DNA of 64,000 nucleotides from the human T2T-CHM13v2.0 reference genome, Homo sapiens, in the NCBI RefSeq assembly GCF_009914755.1, contig NC_060943.1; one strand, given 5' to 3'. The position numbers and the translations under genes were made by a program. Of the stretch, positions 1 to 17,302 are shown piece by piece. The notes beneath the pieces were generated by a model that saw nothing but the letters and a program-made list of their open reading frames with translations, was not told the origin of the DNA and made no database searches. Each line of letters starts with the position of its first letter. Within the stretch, counting starts at the first letter, position 1.

Positions 1-1309
1 TGGGCTGATAACCACTTAGCTAAGCATTGCCTCTCAAGCTTTAATGAGCTCAAAAATCACTTGGTAATGTTGGTCCCACTTTATGTAATGTGATTCTGCA
101 TGTTTGGAAAGGGTTCATGAGTGGGTGTTTCAAACAAGTCCCCTGCCAATGCTGATGTTGCTCCCCCAGGCTCATCATTAGCATTAGTGAGAGAAAGCAG
201 GCACCGCACAGAGTCCCTGACATTCAGCACTCTTGTCACAACACAAATACTTCTGGTACAAATGAAGACAACCACACTCCATCCTGAAGTTTTATATTAT
301 TTGCTGGCTCTTTAAAGTTTACAGAGGAAACAAAAGGCAGCAATGTTGGAATAAGTCTGCATTTGGAAAACAACATGTACACATGTACTAATGCAATAAT
401 TATTAAGCAGGTACTATGTGCTCAAGAGTACAATATAGAGCACTGTGCTGGGCATAACATATTATGTGATTTAATCCCCATAACACATTGGAAGTTGATA
501 CTAAGTGTTCAGTAATTCTCAGGATTTAGATAAAGGGCCCAGCATTATTACTTCTTCCTCTGTTTCTCTGTTATTGATTTTTTAAAAAAAATGTACAGAA
601 TAAGGCTAAATATAGACAGAGGAGGGGGCATAGAAAGAGTTTAAGAAATTTTTTTCTATTTATATTTACTTGTCTGTGACTTGTGGAGCAACTACTGGAT
701 CTGCAAGAATAGAAAACAAGCTGCTAAATGGAATGTTTCTGTAAGCACTGGTTTTAATACAAAATTTAAAAAAATAAGATGTTAAAATGTATAGTTTATT
801 TTTCTTATTTATCTGCTTTTGGGTTGCAGGAAATTGTAAGCACCAGCTCTAGAAAGGCAGAAGGATTTACCGGCCAAAACTCTGACCTTTATAAATCAGT
901 TCTGTAAGGCAAGACTCCAAAGTGGGCCAGACCTAAAGAAGGCCTTCAAAAAGGGTGAATCTGAACAGAACTGGGGCAGGGAAAGGACCCTATGGAGAAT
1001 TCTGTTCTCTGCCACTGGGGTATTTCCAGTTCTGTTTTTCCTAAGCTTACCTAAGAAAAACTTAAATCCTAGAGTTTATGTAACTTTAATCTATTTTTGC
1101 CACTGCTCTGTCAATTTTATAACTATACTAACAGGCAATTTAAATGACTCTTTTAAAGTTTTCTGGAATAATTTCATTAGAAGATAAGTATGTATTCTAA
1201 CAAAGTAAAAGATACACAAATAATACTAACAACTCTTCAGTCCATAAATATCCCTTCAGGTGATAACCTCAGAAGACACAACAATATAAAAAGAAGTGGG
1301 CAAAGTTTT

Positions 1310-1610
<301 letters not shown>

Positions 1611-2739
1611 CTGAAGAGGCCAAAGTTTTGTTTTGCTTTGCACACATCTATTCACCGTACCAACCATATGATGTTTAATTCAACCGTGTATCCAGTTGCT
1701 AGTCTAGAGCAAAAGTTTCTGGATGGTAGGGACCGTGACTGCTTCATCTATTTTTTGAATGACCTTATGAAATGGAAGCAATTAGTTTATCTTTTGAGTC
1801 ACCAGACCTCCTCTTTGTGTTTCACCAAAGTAACAGCAAACTAGAGAAACTCTCATCTGGGTACCAACCAAAGTTATCTCTTGTATGAGTATGAAGGGAG
1901 AAAAAAAAAAAACAGAATGACTCATTTCTCTTACACCGAGACAGAAGCAGAATTAACCACTCGTCAGCCTGAAACAATTCTGCACTGGACATCCTCAAAT
2001 GTCTCAAAGACATCTAGGTGATTGTGAGAAGGTTCTTACTGACCCTGGGCTGATGGCCCAGTGATAAGCCAGGCTGAGAGAGATTCATGCTGATTCTAAA
2101 TAGAAAATGGAACTGCCTTGGTGGAGCTCCAGAACCTGCATCACCTATCCTGACTTGCTAGCTTTTGGGTAAGAAGAAGGACAAGAATACTCTACTCCAG
2201 TATCATATTTTACAGGTAGGTATAGTTGTGGTCATGGCTCTGGATACTTTGTGGCCTTGATCTCTCACTCTTAAGATGCTCGTTTACACTTACAGATTCT
2301 GTCATCAAATTCTATTTATACCTGGAGTCTCTCACATAACTGTAGCAGGTCACTCACTAAACAAGATCTGAAAAGCTTCAAGAGCCACACTCTCAAATGG
2401 GGGCTTCAAGATTTCTACACTGACATCTCACAATACAGAAAATGCCTTCTGTTGGTTTTCAGTACATTCTCAATCCAAAGTCTTCTGGCCCTGTCTTGTA
2501 AATCCTAGGCAGAGGCCAGACCTTATGTGCAGATTCTAGGTGGGATCAATCTGACTCTGCATCCTTGGGTGTTACAGCAAACAGACTACAATCAAAGGAG
2601 AGCTCCCCTCATAGAGGCTGCTCTGGCACATTCTAAATAATATGTCTAACTAAAAGAAAAAACTGAGGCAACATGAATATAAGTAGAGAGTTCATCTGGG
2701 CCAAGCTTGAGGACTGTAACCTTGGAGCAAAAATACATC

Positions 2740-3217
2740 TTCCAAAGACTGAACAAATAAGAAATTGAATCCCTGAATAGACCAATAACAAGTGCCAAAA
2801 CTGAATTGGTCTTAAATGGCCACCAATCACAAATAGCAAAGAACCAGACAAATTTACAGATTAATTCTACCAGATGTACAAAGAAGAGCTGGTACCACTT
2901 CTAATATTATTTCAAAATATTGAGAAAAAGGGACTTCTTTTTCAGCTCATTATATAAAAACAGCATCATTCTGATACCAAAACTGGGAAGAGACACAATA
3001 AAAAAAGAAAACTTCAGACCAATATCCCTGAGGAGCACTGATGTGAAAAACCTCAATAAAACACTGGAGAACCGAATCCAGGAGCACATCAAAAAACTTA
3101 TCCACCTCTATCAAGTCGGCTTCATACCTGGGATGCAAGGCTGGTTCAACATATGTAAATCAATAAATGTAATCCATCACATAAAGAGAACGAAAGAGAA
3201 AAACACATAATTATCTC
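2740..3217 (+). mobile_element. L1 ORF2 fragment (RT-proximal region)
   Basis: ORF 2920-3210 reads [20 protein letters not shown]...[24 protein letters not shown], which is L1 ORF2p. Confidence 0.95.
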
Positions 3218-3224
3218 CAGATGA

Positions 3225-3665
3225 GTCAGCTTGGGGAGGCGGAGGCAGCGGCAGCGCGGCGAGCGTGCAGGGAGGCCGGAGCCCTGCCCGGGGCGGGTCG
3301 CGGGGTGGGCGGGTGAACTGCCAGCGAGGAGGCACCTGCTTGCGCGGGTGCAGCCTGGGCTGCGCCATTGTTGGGGGAGGGGCGGCTGCTGAGGGCGGCG
3401 AGTAGGGGGCTAGAGAAGGCGCCAGCCCCGGCCCAGAGGAGCAGAGACGCCCCATGGGGAACACGCTGACCTATTGCGTGTCCCCCCAGTACCAGCCTCA
3501 AGCTGGGCCGGTGCGTGGTGCCAGAGCTGTACTGCGCAACCGACATCTACGAGGCGGCACCCGGGGATGCGGTGGCGGTAGCGCCCGCTTCTGTGGAGCC
3601 TACCAGTTGGATTTCGCAGCGGGCGAGGGCCACCACCTGCAGCACATCAGCGACCACGAGATGCC
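3225..3665. promoter_or_regulatory. CpG-rich island carried by the retrocopy 5' end
   Basis: Very high GC, many intact CpGs, GGGCGG boxes, AP-1-like TGAGTCA at 3222-3228. Confidence 0.6.
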
Positions 3666-3877
3666 CTAAGATTTAGCTTTGGAGTCAAACCCTTCTGACC
3701 ATCCAAGGGCAAGCACAAGTTTCCTGAGCAAATCTCAAACCGATGTGTGAGACAAGAGGAAGAGCAACCACTTAAATCATCTATCTCCAGGGCAGCTTAC
3801 TAAAAAGTATAGCTCATGCTCAACAATATTTCTAGGTGACAGAACAGTCAGCCAGCCTAACCTTAGAACCACAGTAA

Positions 3878-3988
<111 letters not shown>

Positions 3989-3991
3989 TAG

Positions 3992-4141
<150 letters not shown>

Positions 4142-5434
4142 TAGAAAAGGATTGTTCTGGGAGCCACTCTTCTTGCCTCCAAGGTTTGGGATGATCAGGC
4201 TGTATGGAATGTGGACTACTGCCAGATCCTCAAGGACATTACAGTTGAGGACATGAATGAAATGGAAAGGCATTTTTCGGAGCTTCTTCAGTTTAATATT
4301 AATGTTCCTGCTAGTGTTTATGCCAAACACTACCTTGACCATCGCTCCTTAGCAGATGACAACCTGAATTTTCTATTTGCTCCTCTTAGCAAAGAAAGAG
4401 CACAGAACCTAGAGGCTATTTCTAGATTATGTGAAGACAAAGACTTGTGTGGAGCAGCTGTAAGAAGGTCTTTCAGCGCTGATCAACTTCATTGGTATTC
4501 AGCACTCTAAAGCCATCCTCTCTTAAAGGGAGAAATGAGGGGTTATAATGTCACGGGACCTTCATCTACAAAGACTGGAGAAATACCACCTTTCCTGCTC
4601 AAAAACCAGCAAAATTAGTGTTTTCATCAAAAGGAAAGATCTCAAATTCAAGAGACGCACGGACAACAAGGATCATACTCCATAGAAAAGAATGGGACCT
4701 TGTCAATGCAACAAAACACTCTTCTGTCCTTTTTAATGTAAACAGAGTCACCAAAACCACTCCAAAGTGAAGGCTCCCATCCCACACACAGATATTTGCT
4801 TACAATGTGGGCCAGTAACTGAACTATGTTAGGTTTTTTAAACAATAGTTTAAATTTTTAGACTTTAAAGACATTAACCATATAACTTTTATGTTTCTTC
4901 CAGTTTTTCTCCCCCTGCTCATTTTGCTGCATATGCCTTTAGAATCAATGCAGTATTGCCCTTAAAACAAGGGACTCTAACTAAAGCCACTTAGGAGCAG
5001 ACTGCAGCATTGTTAGGTATTGAAGGGTTCTTCCTCCCTACTGTTACCATTAAAGCTGCTAGTCATTGGCAATCATTTTAAACCAAAAAGCTGATGGATA
5101 ACATTTGTCATTCATATTCTTTGCAAGCATTACTTTAGCATTTTAGCATGTCTGCGGTCATAAACAAAGGAAGTATCAGTTATTGATATCTACTTCTATT
5201 GGGGTCCATGTTGCATTTCTTGTGAACTATAAATGGTACTTCTCATTTTCTGATAATTTTTATCTTATTAAATAAATGTATTAAAAGATATTTTCATAAT
5301 GCCAATGAACATGGTGGTTCAGTGACAGTGAAAAAAAAGTAAAGCAGTTTTAAGCTTTAATATAGTTTGGGCCCTCCAAGGTACTGCAGCAGGAGTATAA
5401 ATGCTATAAACCTTTGAAAAACATCATTTGAGAG

Positions 5435-5600
5435 TTTTGTTTTTTTTCTTTAAGAGATGGGGGTCTTGCTGTGTTGTCCAGGCTGGAGTATGGTGGCTGT
5501 TCACCGGTGCAGTCATGGTGCACTGCAGCCTAGAACTTCCTGGCTTCGCGCCATCCTCTAGCCTCGGCCACACGAGTGGCTGGGACTGCAGGCGCACCCT
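5435..5600 (-). mobile_element. Old Alu monomer (FAM/FLAM/AluJ-like) in retrocopy 3'UTR
   Basis: Diverged antisense Alu monomer. Confidence 0.75.
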
Positions 5601-5712
5601 GCATTTGTCTCCTGAATGTTAGGCTTTTGATTTTTTGTTTCAGTCACTCTTGAAGTCACTCTTGACTGAAGCAAAAAATTAAAAGCTTTATATTCAAAAT
5701 TCTCAAAATGAA

Positions 5713-6205
<493 letters not shown>

Positions 6206-6990
6206 AACATTCAGGCAAGGTTTTATGAAGGTTTGTAGCACTTCTACAAGTATCAAAGCTTAAAATTACATTAAACCTTTGGAATATCTTGTATCTCCAT
6301 AAAATGCCCTTCTCTTTTTAAAATGAATTACTTGCAGAGCTGTGCTCTATATGCATTGATCACCGAAGTTTCTTTAATTTAAAGGAAGATTTTGAAGAGC
6401 ACTGTTAATTAACATGTAATAAAAGGAACTGGGCCCTAATGATAGAAGGTGATATGAACAGCTGTTTTATCATCCTACATGCTACCAACCTGTAGGTGTC
6501 CCATTAAGTCCTGCTATTTAAGAAATAACTTACATAACCCTTAGGAACACTTACTTCAGGCTTTAAAAGGCAAGGAACAAATAATTTTAGGAGACTGATA
6601 ATGCCATCTAAATTTGAAAAACTAAAAGGAGATTAGTGTTCTCAATTATGTGAAATCTATTTCTCCTACTTATTCAAATCTAATCCTAGGGATCTTGCTT
6701 ATAAACAAAGCATTCCTGGGCCAGGAATACTTCCTCTACTATAGCAATATTTCACATCATATTGTGCTGCAATTTCCATCATTTTTAAAGGGCAGAGAAA
6801 TAAATGATAAATAATGGTATAAAAATATTACAATCTACCACCTCAAAAAAAAAACAACAAAACATTGTTTATGGAGTTCAGAGCTTGGAGAGTCAAGTAT
6901 TGATAGCTGTTTTATTTTAAAAAGAATGTTACAATTTATGTGGTTTTTATTTCTCATGTTTATATTAAAAGTTAATAAACTCTTTTAATT

Positions 6991-8688
<1,698 letters not shown>

Positions 8689-9628
8689 GTTACTTATCAC
8701 ATAAACCAAAACTAAAGACAAAAACCACATGATTATTTCAATAGATGCTAAAAAAGCCTTCAATATAATTTACTATCCTTCATGTTTAAAACCCTCAACA
8801 AACTAGGCATTGAAGGTACATACTTCAAAATAATGAGTCATCTTTCACAAACTTACAGCCAACATACTAAATGGACACAAGTGAGAAGCATTCCTCCTTG
8901 AAAACTGGCACAAGACAAGGATGCCTTCCCTCAAAACTCCTGTTCGACATAGAATTGGTACAGTCTCAGCAGAAAAGCTCTTTAAACTGAAAAGCAAGTT
9001 CTGCAAAGTTTCAGGATACTAAATCAGTAGCATCTCTGTACATCAACAACATCCAAGCCAAAAGCCAAATCAAAAACATAATGCCATTCACAATTGCCAC
9101 ACACACACACACACACAAATATCGAGGAATACAGCTACCCAGGAATGTGAAAGATCTCTATGACAAGATGATCAAACACTGCTTAAAGAAGTGAGAGATG
9201 ACATAAACAAATGGAAAACCATTTTATGCCATGGATAGAAAAGATTAGCATCACTAAAATGTCAAAACTACCCAAAGAAATTTACTGACTTAATGCTATT
9301 CCTATCAAACTACCAAAAACATTGTTAACAGAACTAAAACTTAACTATTTTAAAATTTATATGGAACTAAAATGAGCCTGAATAGCCAAGGCAATTTTAA
9401 GCAAAAAGAACAAAGCTGGAGGTATTACATTAACCCTCTTCAAACTACACTACAGGGCTACGATAACCAAAGCAGCATAATACTGATGCAAAAAGAGATG
9501 CATAGAAAAATGCAACACAATAGAGAGGCCAGAAATAATGCCACACACCTCCAACTATCTGATCTTTGACAAAGCTGACAAGAGGAATGAGGAAATAATT
9601 CCCTATTTAATAAATGGTGCTGGAACAA

Positions 9629-10040
9629 GCTGGGAGAGGTGGCTCACACCTGTAATTCCAGCACTTTGGGAGGCCAAGGTGGGTGTGGATCAGTTGAGGT
9701 AAGGAGTGCGATACCAGCCTGGCCAACGTGGTGAAACCCTGTCTCCACTAAAAATACAAAAATTAGCTGGGCAAGGTGGCACATGCCTATAATTCTAGCA
9801 CTTTGGGAGCCCAAGGCAGGTAGATCACTTGAGATCAGGAGTTTCAGGCCAGCCTGGCCAATACTGCAAAACTTCATCTCTACTAAAAATACAAGAATTA
9901 TCAGGGCATGGTGGTGCATGTCTGTAGTTCCAGCTACTCAAGAGGCTGAGGCATGAGAAATGCTTCAACCCATGAAGCAGAGGTTGCACTGAGCCAAGAT
10001 ATGCCACTGAACTCCAGCCTTGGTCACAGAGTGAGACCCT
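9629..10040 (+). mobile_element. Alu with duplicated left arm (three monomers)
   Basis: Two consecutive left arms each ending tactaaaaatacaa, then a right arm. Confidence 0.85.
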
Positions 10041-10361
10041 GTCTCAAAGGAAAAAAATAGTCACTAACAGATACTGGCAAGGTTGCAGAGAAAAGGGAAT
10101 GCTTTTATACACTGTTGGTGCGAGTGTAAATTAGTTCAACCATTGTGAAAAGCAGTGTGGCGATTCTTCACAGAACTAAAAACAGAATTACCATCGGACC
10201 CAGCAACCTCTTAACTGGGTATATATTCAAAGAAATATAAATTATTCTACCATAAAGTCACATGCACATGCATGTTCATTTCAGCACTGTTTACAATAAC
10301 AAAGACATGGAATAAACCTAAATGCCTATCAGTGGTAGCCTAGATTGAAAAAAATATGGTA

Positions 10362-10660
10362 TGGTCAGATGACAGAGCTCATTCTTGTAATCCCAGCACT
10401 TTGGGAGGCCAAGGCAGGTGGATTGCCTTAGCTCAAGAGTTCAAGACGAGTCTGGGCAGCATGGCAAAACCCCATCTCTACAAAAAATAAAAATAATTAG
10501 GCAGACATGGTAGTGTGTGCCTGTAGTCCCAGTTACTTAATGGGCTGAGGTAGGAGGACCCCTTGAGCCTTGGAGGTTGAGGCTGAAGTGAGCCACAACT
10601 GTACTGCACTTCAGCCTGTGTGACAGAGTGAGACACTGTCTTAAAAAAAAATAAAGAAAA
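10362..10660 (+). mobile_element. AluJ-like
   Basis: Diverged Alu consensus. Confidence 0.9.
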
Positions 10661-11559
10661 GATTTAATAGAAACAAAATATGGTACATAAGCAACATGGA
10701 AGACTATGTGGCCATAAAACAAACACCACCAAGATAAAGATCTCTGCAGCAACACGGATGGCGCTGGAGACCATTAGCCTTAGAAAACTCATGCAGAACA
10801 CAAAACCAAATGCATGTTATCATTTGTAAGAGCTAAATAATAAGAACACATGGACACGAGGAACAGTCACGGGGCCTAGTTGAGAATGGAGGATGAAAGG
10901 ACAAAGAGGATCAGAAAAAAATACCTCTTTGGTGCTATGCTTAGTACCTCAGTGACAAAATAATCTACACCAAACCCCCATGACACAATTTTACCCATAT
11001 AACAACCCTGCACATGTACACGTGTAGAAAAAGAAAATCCATGGGTGGGGAAGAATGCAGTGTAAGTGGATTGTTTGTTCTACAGACAGTGGCCCAGGTG
11101 GCGCTGTACTCTGATTTATTTCTGGGTCCATGCAGGCAGAGAAGATTATGAACAGGTAGTCCAGGACCCTAGGCTGGTGGAGAAAACAGGTTGCTGCTGC
11201 AGATTCATTGTCTGGGGGTTGGGATATGCCAGGAGACTTGTGGACACTTTTGTGGCTTTTTGGCAAGAAATACTAGGATCCACAACGCTGTAGTGAAATT
11301 CCCAAGTGTGGTGACTAGTCCTGGGAGGGGTGTGGACACGTCAATGTCTAGTGGGTATGTTTGTGAGTGGATCAGAATCCTGTGGTGATAGCTGTGGAAC
11401 AAGGGGGTCTGTCATCAGAGTTCCTTTCCTCTAAGTTTTCATCCTCTCTTACCCTAGAAGATCTGGAATCACACGACAATGAAAGGCTTTGTTCTCCTTT
11501 AGACGAGAACAGAGCCTCCCACTCCAAGACACCAAGAGTTCCATTCCAGGCCAGGTCTC

Positions 11560-11930
11560 CATGATATCTTTCTTCTACCACCAAAACTGCAGAGTTTGCT
11601 GAATACCAAGCAATTCTCTAGCACCAACTCAATGTCTAACATTCGAATTCTGACACCATGCAGAGTCAGCAAAGACCCTGATTCAAGGTTTAGTCTCATA
11701 ACATTGCCCTCTTTGCAGTTGCCAGTCACAAACCCCATAGGCCCATCTATGTTTCTGGGCTACTGTTTAAAAACTGAGGACTCCTGCGACCTTCCTCAAG
11801 TTCAATAATTTGATGGAGCTACTCACAGAACTCAGCAAAACACTGCAGCTATGTTTACAGATTATAAAAGATACAACCCAGGAAAAATCAAATAGAAGAA
11901 ATGTATAGAACAAAAAGAAGAGGTGGGGAA
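11560..11930 (-). mobile_element. MER21-like LTR remnant
   Basis: Recalled MER21 motifs caagttcaataatttg...actcacagaactcag...aaagatacaa. Confidence 0.55.
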
Positions 11931-12074
11931 AGATGAAACATATAGATAACCCTGGTAAATAGCTGTGATTAATAAAATTTTTCATCCTCTGTGTTCTCCA
12001 GGAACAGTTTATGGAAAGAAACACTCTTCCATTATGAATTACACAGTGCTCTCTTTTCTTTTTTATCACATAGC

Positions 12075-12508
12075 CACAGACTATTGAACTAGAGCAACTC
12101 GATTTTGAATATGGCTGAGTAAAATAAGGCTGCAACCACTGGGCTACATTCCCAGATGGTTAGGCATTCTAAGTCACAAGATGAGACTGGAGGTCAGCAC
12201 AAGATACAGGTCATAAAGAGCTGGCTGATAAAACAGTTTGCAGTAAAGAAGTGGGATAAAACCCACCAAAACCAAGATGGTGATGAGAGTGTCCTGTGGT
12301 CATCCTCACTGCTACACCCCCACCGGTGCCATGACGGTTTACAAATGCCATGGAAACATCAGGAAGTTACACCATAATGGTCTAAACAGGAGAGGCATAA
12401 ATATTCCACTTCTTGTTTACCATAAAATTAAGAAATAACCATAAAAATGGGCAACCAGCCTATGGAGAAAGCCATTCTCTTATATCTCCACTTTCTTAAT
12501 AAATGTAC
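12075..12508 (+). mobile_element. MER41A-like 5' LTR, truncated at an Alu
   Basis: Matches recalled MER41A (gcattctaagtcaca.gatgag...ccaaaaccaagatgg...aaataaccataaaaatgggcaaccagc); direct-repeat partner at 15342-15878. Confidence 0.85.
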
Positions 12509-13144
<636 letters not shown>

Positions 13145-13350
13145 TTACCTAAAATCATTGTATGCCACAGAGCTAACCAAATTTCCTTGTCAATTTTTTT
13201 TTTACTGTAACTGCCCTAAGACTTTGCCATCCAGACAATCATCTTGTGTTGATCCTCTTCAAAAGATGATTTGTAGTCCACTATAAGACAATGATAGGTG
13301 TTCTTAAATGCAAGTTTCTGATAACATTAGAAATTGTGACATTAGAATAG

Positions 13351-13668
<318 letters not shown>

Positions 13669-14556
13669 TGAGGAAGAACTTTCAATACTAATGGAGAACT
13701 AAAATGGTCATGACTATCAAACAGAACAGGAATTAACTGAGTGGACTGAACTAATAGAAGACTGAAGTAATATTTTTTGACTTCGCCTAAAACATCACTG
13801 ATCCTTTGTTTTGTTTTTCAGAGTCAAAAAAACTATTCTTTTGAACTATTCACACCTTTTAACAATTGAGTAAAGTATACACCTGTGAAAAAAATTTGGA
13901 AAATATTTGTGAGTATTCTGAACTTAAAACAATTTAGTTATTTATATAAGTGCAATAAGAAACTGTTTTCTTTTACAACAGGACACAATTAGAGAAACTT
14001 GTTATTTTACCAAGGCTTCTGACTAGAATGACATACTTTGCTTTAATGAACTAAACTTGACTTGTAGAACCAATAAAGCTCCATGGGAAAACTGGTATTA
14101 TACCTTGTCTACACAGCCCCTGTACAGGGTTCCTGGCTAGCGGTAAATAAAAAAATTTCTTATCTGAGATTCCTTTTATGAAACAAGGTTCCATCAAACC
14201 CAATTTAAAAGGCCTATGTGAAAAATAATTATTCTTGCTACACTTTATAGAAATAATCAGGCCAAGTATAAGACTAAAACTTTTTTTTTTATGTTCACAC
14301 TTCACATTGTCTTATGTTTATTTGCAGTTATTTTTGAACTTGAAGATGGCATATCTTCCAGCCATAGCAGTTCACTTCTTCATGTTAATTTGGTGGCTAA
14401 CACAACAGGTAATATCCACCACCCACTCCCAACCTACATCCTGCTGATCTTGCTTTGCTCACATCTTGGAGACAATAGAGTTCACAGAGTTGAGTCTGTG
14501 GCTAGAGCCGGTCAGAAAGCATGAATCTGAAAGATATTTTTAAAATAGCACTAGTA

Positions 14557-14805
14557 GGCCAAGCACAGTGGCTCACCAGCACTTGGGAGGCCAAGGCAGG
14601 CAGATCACTTGAGGTTAAGAGTTAGTGAAAATACAAAATCAGCTGGGCATGGTGGTGTGCACTTGTAATCTCAGCTACTCAGGAGGCTGAGGCAGGAGAA
14701 TCACTTGAACTTGGGAGGCAGAGGTTGCAGTAAGCCAAGATCATGCCACTGCACTCCAGCCTGGGGAACAAAGCAAGACTATGCCTCAAAAAAAGAAAAA
14801 AAAAT
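14557..14805 (+). mobile_element. Alu with internal deletions
   Basis: Alu consensus; aaaatagcact on both flanks. Confidence 0.9.
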
Positions 14806-15341
14806 AGCACTCCTAAACAAAACAGTCACAAAGCTTAGCTTTCTCTTTCTACTACTAACAGTGTCATAAGATGGATTATGTAAAAATCTGGATTACTGTT
14901 TGAATTATGAAGACATGACAATCAGCCACGACTTCCTATCAGCTTGGTTCCAACAAATGCCCAGTTCATGAAAAGCTTTCTTAAGTTTCCTTGAAAGAAT
15001 TTTGCTTATTTTGCTTTACTGTTGTAGAATATATTGCCATTCTACTCCTTGTGTAGAAATGCAGAATAAACTTACTGGGTGTTTTCTTAAAGTGAACACT
15101 TATTAATCTTCCAGATATCACCTATTGTTGGAACTGGGAGTTAGGAATGGCCGTCATCAAACTGATGCTTTCTGATTGAGCTCCTCTCTACCTCAAATAC
15201 AAAAGACGCTAATAGGCAAGAATATCATCACCTCTATTCAGCATGAAGTAGTAACAGAAGATTGATCTTCGTCCCACTACAACCCTTAGGATTAAGGGTT
15301 TCCTTGTTTAAAAAAATAACAATAATAATAGAGGGGGAAAA

Positions 15342-15878
15342 TGTCAGAGGCATATTGAACCAAAGCAAATCCATTTTGAATAGGGCCTGGGTAAAACAGG
15401 GCTGAGATCTACTGGCCTGCATTCCCAGATAGTTAACCATTCTAAGTCACAGGATGAGACAGGAGATCAGCACAAAATACAGGCCATAAAGACCTGGCTG
15501 ATAAAACAACTTGCAGTAAAGAAGTGAGATAAAACCCTCCAAAACCAAGATGGTGATGAGTGTGACCTCTGGTCATCCTCACTGCTACACTCCCATCAGT
15601 GCTATGAGAGTTTACATATGCCATGGAAACATCAGGCAGTTACCCTTTAGGGTCCAAAATGGGGAGGCATAAATACTCCACCCCTTGTTTAGCAAATAAT
15701 CAAAAAATAACCATAAAAATGGGCAACCAGCAGTCCTTGGGGCTGCTCTGCCTGTAGAGTAAACCATTCTTTTATTTCTTATTAATAAACTTACTTTCAC
15801 TTTATGGACTCACCTTGATTCTTGAGTGAAATCCAAGGACCCTCTCTTGGGGTTTGGATTGGGACCCTTTTCGGTAAA
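15342..15878 (+). mobile_element. MER41A-like 3' LTR
   Basis: Starts TGTCAGAGG, AATAAA near 15784, ends ...gggacccttttcggtaa. Confidence 0.88.
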
Positions 15879-15926
15879 ATCTCTGCACATATTTTTTCTT
15901 TTTCTCATGAAAAAAAAATTGGCTAA

Positions 15927-16301
<375 letters not shown>

Positions 16302-16972
16302 TCATTCTGTGCCCCTCCTAAGAACATGCTGACTTCAGGGTAAAACATTCTCTAATCTAAAATCTAACCTTTTCAATCTCCAACTGCCATTCCCTTCCCA
16401 CCTTCTCTCTAATCTTTTTTGCTCCACTGTATGAAAGAAAGCCCTCGTCTGCCTAAACTTGGCAATTCTTAAAGTTTTTATAGTTGGTATTCCTCCTGTT
16501 CTAATACTTTTTTGGAATTCAAATTTTTTAAATAAATTGAACTTGGTTATACATTACAAAGTCTAGAAACTGCCTTAAAACAATAACAACTTCATCATCA
16601 GCAAGACCCTCCCAATCCCCTTTTATGTTAACCTTAACTGCATCTGCCTGTGAGCCCCCAGCTTTCCAGGACTCTGTAGCTTCTCTCAGCAGATAGGCTT
16701 CTTCCATGGCTGCAGTGAGAAGGCTGGGACATCTGCAGGAGAGACTCCCCAGAAAAAACTAACAAGGCCGTTATTAAATTTCTTCTGCAGGCTCAATATT
16801 AGCCTTAGCTCTGAGTCACTGGGACCAAGCTCTAATTTCCATGTTAAGAGTTATTCACTTGGTTGTTGAAATTAAGTGTCTGAAAAATCCAGCAAAATGC
16901 AGTGTTCATATAAGGGAAGGGAATTTTAAGGTGCTTACATTTTATACCTCAATAAGAAAAGCAAAAGTATCA

Positions 16973-17302
<330 letters not shown>

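Larger units (their letters stand above)
8689..11040 (+). mobile_element. Older L1 (L1PA13-16/L1PB-like) ORF2 and 3'UTR, with deletions and Alu insertions
   Basis: Degenerate ORF2; 3'UTR caaacccccatgacacaattttacccatataacaaccctgcacatgta. Subfamily tentative. Confidence 0.85.

Noticed and set aside
4211-4510. 99-aa cyclin C-terminal ORF as a functional gene
   Set aside because: Fragment of a retrocopy with upstream stops and frameshifts; GTG start; incomplete cyclin box
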